Source of the DNA: the human T2T-CHM13v2.0 reference genome, Homo sapiens
Length of the DNA stretch: 64,000 bases
Assembly: GCF_009914755.1 (NCBI RefSeq)
Contig: NC_060926.1
Strand: one strand, 5' to 3'
The translations under genes and the position numbers were made by a program. The notes beneath the pieces are model-generated. The model was not told where the DNA came from, did not search any database, and saw only the letters and a list, made by a program, of their open reading frames with translations. Shown piece after piece: positions 56,117 through 64,000 of this stretch (the stretch's first letter is position 1; the number at the start of each line of letters is the position of its first letter).

Positions 56117-56570
56117 ACCAATTTTCAAAGTGTAGTCCGCATTCAGCAGCATCAGCATCACCTGTGAACTTGTTAGAAATGCAAATTGTCCTGCTTCATC
56201 CCACAGTGAGTTAGACTCAATAAACTTAACCATGGAATTAGAGCCTAGGAAACTGTGTTTAATGAGTCCCTCTAAGGGATCTTTATGCTCACTAAAGTTT
56301 AAAGAGCAGTGCTTTAAAAACACTGCTTCTAAAATTTTAACATGAGAAAATTGTTAAACAGCACATTGTGGTTCTGAGATGGGGCCCAAGATCTTGCATG
56401 CCTAACACAGTCTCAGGTGATACTGATACTGTTAGTACATAGACTACATGCTTTTTCAATATGGGTTGAACACTGGAATCACCTGGAGAACTTAAACACC
56501 ACTAATAATTGAGTTCCAACCCCAGACATTTTGATTTAATTAATCTGATGTATAGCCTGTGGTTCTGGGC
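56117..56570. mobile_element. Cluster of three MER5A/B MITEs
   Basis: cagcagcatcagcatcacctgtgaacttgttagaaatgcaaatt; ctgagatggggcccaag; ggaatcacctggag. Confidence 0.8.
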
Positions 56571-58416
56571 CAATTGTGGTTAAAGATACAGTTGATATTT
56601 CAGTCTGTAGGTCTATTTTTCACAAGCTCTAAGTCCACAAAGAGAACAATGGGATTGCTACCTTAAATCCCAACGGGAAAATTCATTAAGAAGTCAGTAC
56701 CATAATCTGACTCTACTGCAGTTCGTGAACAGAAATCTCCACGGAGAGATTCCTTGGACTCATTTGATTGCTGCTGTTCTTTCATAAGAATGTTAAGACA
56801 TAAGACTTAAAAGACCAAGATTAAGACATGAGCCTAGGAGAAAGAGAGGAAAGAGATTTCTCAGCCTGCTTTTTAAAAGGAGGGATCGCAGCACTCATAT
56901 AATCTCCTGGTTCATCAGAGTAAGAGACCAGATAAGGGAATTAGGCCTACTCTCCAGTGGGCAATATTGTACGGATTAATTGAGTTTACTCAGTGGTAAC
57001 CAGCCCTACATACCTTACAATAAAAAGCAAATAGCAAGGTGATCACAGAGTTGGGATCTTTGTTATCTCCTTGAAGACATTCCTAGAAATTAACATCTAC
57101 TGAGAATCCAGGCAACCAATACATATTTGTCAGATATCTCCTTTAGGCAAGCTCAGTGCCAGGCCCTGAAGGGCAGATAAAATCACGAACAAAGGAGAAT
57201 TGAATTTCCAGAATGGTGGCGTTAGGAGGCTCCTCTCCTTAGCAAAACAAGCATAACAGGTGAAAATTATATTTAAAATATGTAAAGTATCTGCAAGCTT
57301 TCCTAAAGGCAGAGACAAATGAAGAAGCATATATTCAAGAAAATCTACTAAAACTCAGTGAAAACAGCAAGAGTCTATGACATTTGTACCACTACTTTCT
57401 CCTTATGAATAAATATATACCAATAAATTCGATAGATGTAATGAACAAATTCCTAGAAAGATAGAAACTACCAAAATTGACTCAAGAACACATAGAAAAT
57501 CTGAATAGACTGATAAGTAAAGAGATTGAATTAAGAGATCAAAAAGCTACTCAAAAAGAAAAGCCCAGTTCCAGATGACTTTATTAGTAAATTCTACCAA
57601 ACATTTAAAGAAAAATGAATACCAATTACTTACAAACTTCCAAAACATTGAAGAGGAGAGAATACTTTCAAATGCCTTCTATGGGGTCAGTATTACCTGA
57701 TTCCAAAACCAAAGACATCACAAAATTACAGGATAATATCCCTTATGAATATAGGTGTAAAAATCCTCATAAAAACTTAGCAAATCAAATGTAGCAACAT
57801 ATAAAAAAGACTATACATCATGACTAAGTGAGATTTATCCCAGGAACTCAGGTAGATTTAATATCCAAAAACAAATTAATGTAATATATCATATTAATAG
57901 AATAAAGGACAAAATCCACATGGTTATTTCAATAGACTCAGAAAAAGCATTTGAAAAAATCTAACAATATGTTATGATACAAACTTTGACTAAAAAGAGA
58001 TAAAAGAGATCTTCTTCAACTTGATAAAGGGCAACTATTCAGTGCAATCCCTATCAAAATCCCAAAATGTTTTTTTGCAGAAATTGGCAAGCTGATTCTA
58101 AAATTCATAGGAAGTACAAGGGACCCAGAATAATCAAAACAATCTGGAGAAAGAAAAACAAAGTTGAAGGATGTACACTTTCAGGTTTCAAAACTTACTA
58201 CACAGCTACAGGAATCAAGACTGTGGTATTGGCACAGACAGGCAGACAGATAGATGGAACAGAATTGAGAGTCCTGAAATAAACTTTTACATTTACAGTC
58301 AATTGATTTTCCATGTGGCTGCCCAAACAAATCAATGCAGAAAGAATAGTCTTTTCAACACATTGTGTGGGGAAAACTGGATAGCCACATGGAAAAGAAT
58401 AAAGTTGGACGTTTAC

Positions 58417-58775
58417 TGTCTTAGTCCCTTCTGGCTTGCTATAACAAAATACCATGCACTGGGTGGCTTATAAATAACAGAAATTTATTTCTCATAGTTT
58501 AGGAGGGTGGGAAGTCTAAGATCAGAGTGCCAGCAAGGTTAGGTTCTGGTGAGAGCCCTCTCCTAGGTTGTAGACTGAAAACATCTTGCCTTGCCTTTAC
58601 AAGGTAAAAGGGAAGGAATTCCTCTGGGATCTCTTTTTATAAGAGCACTAATTCCATTCATGAGGGCTCTACCCTCATGACATAATTACCTCCCAAAGGC
58701 CCCACTTCCTTCACGTTAGGGGTTAGGATTTCAACATATGAATTTTTGAAGGACATAAACGTTCAGTCCATTACA
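58417..58775 (-). mobile_element. MLT1A0-like solo LTR
   Basis: tgtcttagtc...gctataacaaaatacca...ttcagtccattaca; perfect TSD tttac. Confidence 0.93.
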
Positions 58776-59229
58776 TTTACCACCTTTAAATTGGCGAGGG
58801 ATCTAATTATGAGTTACAACTGTAAAACTCTTAGAAAAAAATATAGGTGTAAATCTTCATGACCTTGGATTTTTAGTTATGAGATTTAAATCACAAGCTA
58901 CCAAAAATACTATATACTTGGACTTCATCAAAATACTCAACTCAAAAATAAAAAGATAGCTCAATTTTTTAAATGAGCAAAAACATTTCTCCAAAAAAGA
59001 TATAAAGATAGCTTGTGAGCATATGTAAAATGCTCATCATTAGCCATCAGATAAGTTCAAATAATCAGAAAAACATAACTTTACACGCACTAGGATGGCT
59101 ATAATTAAAAAAGACACATAATAACAAGTTTTAATGAGGATGTAGACTGACTCATACACTTATGGTGAAAATTGTGGCAGTGTATGGTGGCAAAATGCTT
59201 CAGGAGTTCTTAAAACATTACACAGATTT

Positions 59230-59937
<708 letters not shown>

Positions 59938-60569
59938 CTCTGCAATTCCACCTCTAGCTATATACTTATAAGTAGTAAAACTTGTACGTCCACGCTACAA
60001 AAACTAGTACCTGAATGTTCATATGCATTATTCATAATAGCCAGAGTAGAAACAACTCAAGGTTCCATAGCGGAAGGATGTGTAAACAAAATGAGATATA
60101 TCCATGCAATAGAATATTATGCAACCATAAAAGCAATGACAACATGGTTGAATCTTGAAACATTATGCTAAGTGAAAGAAGTGAGTCACAAAAGATCACA
60201 CATATTATATAATTCCACTTACATGAAATGTCCAGAATACGCAAATCTACAGAGATAGAAAGTTGATTAGTTGTGTTGGGCTGAGGTAGTGAAAGAAAAT
60301 GAGTGGGTGCCTGCTAAGGGTACAGAATTTCCTTTGTGAGGGTTATAAAAATCTTGTAAAATTTATTGTGGTGACAGTTGCATAACTGTGCATGTACTAA
60401 AAGCCATTGAATCAAAATACTTTAAAAAGGTGAATGTGACAGTATATAAACTATCTTTCAAAAATGAAATAAAATATAAAATTAAAAAGTTACCAAAAAC
60501 ATTGAAAAAGATCACCAATAATCTCTGCTCTCAGGGAATATGCTACCCTCATCATTTTCTTCCAGAGTC

Positions 60570-60950
60570 GAATTAGATTCCACGGGAAGACATAGGAAGG
60601 GTCCATAACCTTGACTTGGGAGAGGAACTTTTGAACTTCCCAGAGAAAACGACAAGAATTATTGAATAAAGAGAATAACTAAAGCAAGTTGAATATTTCA
60701 AACAAGGAAATTTACATTGTACAGGTCTAGAGCAAGAGAGAATGTCGACATTTCAGACACTAAAATAAATTTTGTAGACTAGTAAAGTGTTATATGATAA
60801 CTGGGGCATGTCTGTGAGGTGTGCCAGAAGAGGCTGGAGAAAGCATCATGAACAACCATGTGGACTGTGGCATAAATCTGGATTTCTATTACAGCCCAAG
60901 AAGAAATGGAGAGCTATTGAAGAGTTCTACAGAGAAGGAAGAGAGGCATT
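60570..60950 (-). mobile_element. L2 fragment
   Basis: gtacaggtctagagcaagagagaatg...tggatttctatt...gagctattgaagagtt. Confidence 0.55.
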
Positions 60951-61232
60951 AGTAAGAGATGGCATCCCATACATACTCTATTTGGATTTATTTGGCTAAT
61001 TTAATAGTTCTTGAGTTCCCTTGTATATGCCTAGGAAAAAAAATAAATCTATTTATATAACATAAAAGTCAGAAGATGTAATTTGTCAGACTGACAAGTT
61101 TGGCTACACAAAAGTAAAGAAAAAGTCTTCTTTTTAAGAAAAATACTTTTTTTTTTTACTTAAAGTAAGGAGACAATTACCAAACACCTCTAAAAGCAAA
61201 ATCAGAAGACTATTGCCAGACTGAAAAAGTAT

Positions 61233-61277
61233 ACACACACACACACACACACACATACACACACACACACACACACA
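61233..61277. repeat. Interrupted (AC)n microsatellite within an old L1ME fragment
   Basis: Direct reading, one at interruption. Confidence 0.9.
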
Positions 61278-61609
61278 GCCTATTTGGCTAGCAAAGCAAA
61301 GCTCAGAAAGTCTGAATACATGCCATGTCGGCAAAGATATGAGTAAAAAGATACTCTCATACATAACTAGCGACAGTGCAAATTGGTATAACCTCAGTGG
61401 AAGGCAATTTAGCAATAGTTATCAAATCAAACATGTTTTGATTGGTAATTCAGCTTCCAAGAATTTAACCAATAGTTAACTCATGTGCATGCCAAAGACC
61501 TATTTATGAGTCTTTTCATTACTTACTTACATTTATTATTTTTAACGTTGTCTTTAATAACAGTAGATTCGAAAGACCTAAATGTCCAACATTAGAAAAT
61601 TACTTCTAT

Positions 61610-63801
61610 TTATTTTTTCCTCCTTTTTTCATTATACTTTAAGTTCTGGGGTACATGTGCAGAACATGCAGGTTTGTTACATAGGTATACACGTGCCATG
61701 GTAGTTTGCCACACCCATCAACTCGTGATCTACATTAGGTATTTCTCCTAATGCTAACCCCACCCCCAGCAGGGCAGGCCTCAGTGTGTGATATTCCCCT
61801 CCCTGTGTCCATGTGTTCTCTTTGTTCAACTCCCACTTATGAGTGAGAACATGTGATGTTTGGTTTTCTGTTCTTGTGTTAGTTTGCTGAGAATGATGGT
61901 TTCCAGTTTCATCCATGTTCCTGCAAAGACATGAACTCATTCTTTTCATGACTGCATAGTATTCCATGGTGTATATGTGCCACTTTTTTTTTTTATCCCA
62001 TCTATCATTGATGAGCATTTGGGTTGGGTCCAAGTCTTTGCTATTCTAAATAATGCTGCAATAAACATATGTGGACATGTGTCTTTATAGTAGAATGATT
62101 TATAAACCTTTGGGTATATACCCAGTAATGGGATTGCTGGATCAAATGATATTTCTAGTTCTAGATCCTTGAGAAATTGCCACACTGTCTTCCACAATGG
62201 TTGCACTAATTTACACTCCCACCAACAGTGTAAAAGTGTTCCTATTTCTCCACATCCTCTCCAGCATCTGCTGTTTCCTGACTTTTTAATTATCACCATT
62301 CTAAATGGCATGAGATGGTATCTCATTGTGGTTTTCATTTGCATTTCTCTAATGACCAGTGAAGACGAGCTTTTTTTCATAGGTTTGTTTGCTACATAAA
62401 TGTCATCTTTTGAGAAATGTCTGTTCATATCTTTCACCCACTTTTTGACGGGGTTGTTGGCTTTTTTCTTGTAAACTTGTTTAATTTCTTTGTAGATTCT
62501 GGATATTAGCTCTTTGTCAGATGGATAGATTGCAAAAATTTTCTCCCATTCTTTGGGTTGCCTGTTCACTCTGCTGATAGTTTCTTTTGCTGTGCAGAAA
62601 CTCTTTAGTTTAATTAGATCCCATTTGTCAATTTTGGCTTTTTTTGCCATTGCTCGTGGTGTTTTAGTCATGAAGCCTTGCCCATGCCTATGTCCTGAAT
62701 GGTATTGCCTAGGTTTTCTTCTAGGGTTTTTATGATTTTAGGTCTTACATTTAAGTCTTTAATCCATCTTGAGTTACTTTTTGGATAAGGTGTAAGGAAG
62801 AGGTCCAGTTTCAGTTTTGTGCATATGGCTAGCCAATTTTCCCAGCATCATTTATTAAATAGGGAATCCTTTCCCCATTGCTTGTTTTTGTCAGGTGGTC
62901 AAAGATCAGATTGCTGTAGATGTGTGGTGTTATTTCTGAGGCCTCTGTTCTGTTCCATTGGTCTATATATCTGTTTTGGTACCAGCACCATGTTGTTTTG
63001 GTTACTGAGCCTTGTAGTATAGTTTGAAGTCAGGTAGCGTGATGCCTCCAGCTTTTTACGTTGTGCTTAGGATTGTCTTGGCTATGTGGGCTCTTTTTGT
63101 GGTGGGCTCTTTTTTTGGTTCATATGAAATTCAAAGTAGTTTTTTCCTAATTATGTGAAGAAAGTCAATGGTAGCTTGATAGGGATAGCATTGAATCTAT
63201 AAATTACTTTGGGCAGTATGGCCATTTTCATGATATTGATTCTTCCTATCCATGAGCATGGAATGTTTTTCCATTTCTTTTTGTCCTCTCTTATTTCATT
63301 GAGCAGTGGTTTGTAGTTCTCCTTGAAGAGGTCCTTCACATCCCTTCTAAGTTGTATTCCTAGGTATTTTATTCTCTTTATAGCAATTGTGAATAGGAGT
63401 TCACTCATGATTTGGCTCTCTGTCTATTACTGGTGTATCAGAATGCTTGTGATTTTTGCACATTGATTTGTATCCTGAGACTTTGCTGATGTTGCTTATC
63501 AGCTTAAGGAGATTTTGGGCTGAGATGATGGGGTTTTCTAAATATACAGTCATGTCATCTGCAAACAGAGACAGTTTGACTTCCTCTCTTCCTATTTGAA
63601 TACCCTTTATTTCTTTCTCTTGCCTGATTGCCCTGGCCAGAACTTCCAATACTGTGTTGAATAGGAGTGGTGAGAGAGGGCATCCTTGTCTTTTGCTGGT
63701 TTTCAAAGGGAATGCTTCCAGTTTTTGCCCATTCAGTATGATATTGGCTGTGGGTTTGTTATAAATAGCTCTTATTATTTTGAGGTTCGTTCCATAAATA
63801 C
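61610..63801 (-). mobile_element. L1PA7-like, 5'-truncated
   Basis: ORF2 remnants (LFADDM at 63401-63706; [18 protein letters not shown] at 61946-62671); 3' UTR ggtatacacgtgccatgg...ctacattaggtatttctcc. Confidence 0.95.
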
Positions 63802-63804
63802 TTT

Positions 63805-64000
63805 TATTTCTTTTTATTTTTTCCTATTTTTACTTAGGTTTAGTGGGTACATGTGCAGGTTTGTTTCATGGGTAAACTGTGTGACACTGAGATTTGGTGT
63901 AGGAATGATCCCATCACTCAGATAGTGAGAATAGTTTTTCTACCCTCGCCCCCATCTTATCCTCCCCTCATCTAGTAATCCTGAGTGTCTATGGTTCCTA
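63805..64000 (-). mobile_element. L1PA15/16-like 3' end (runs off the window)
   Basis: tacatgtgcaggtttgtttcatgggtaaa...gatcccatcactcagatagtgag. Confidence 0.85.

Noticed and set aside
61946-62671. 241-aa ORF as a functional gene
   Set aside because: Fragment of frameshifted L1PA7 ORF2 in a 5'-truncated element

Overview
AT-rich, CpG-depleted primate (human-like) nuclear DNA that looks intronic or intergenic. I see no CpG island, no recognisable cellular gene, no RNA gene and no prokaryote-type system. A large share of the window is interspersed repeats: 11 Alu/FLAM copies; L1s of many ages (a twin-primed L1PA3-like insert, L1PA4/7/16-like, L1PB, L1MB/MC/MD/ME); L2/MIR/L3 relics; MaLR, ERV1 and ERVL LTR elements, including an ERVL pol remnant; and DNA transposons (near-full-length Tigger1, MER1A, MER5, MER63, MER91, MADE1). 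Nearly all long ORFs in the track are decayed L1 ORF2, Tigger1 transposase or Alu/LTR read-through. The points most worth a second look are: (i) a 26.1-27.3 kb unique-sequence island with a candidate minus-strand two-exon unit, a 231-aa ORF and an AP-1/TEAD motif cluster; (ii) several fossil template-switch inversions, including a ~316-bp palindrome built from a local ~85-bp tandem unit; (iii) an Alu whose A-tail is replaced by a G-rich tract; and (iv) an inversion-created fusion ORF in the L1PA3. I found no convincing evidence of a new multi-gene biological system. Subfamily names come from remembered consensus sequences, and boundaries of old repeats are approximate.
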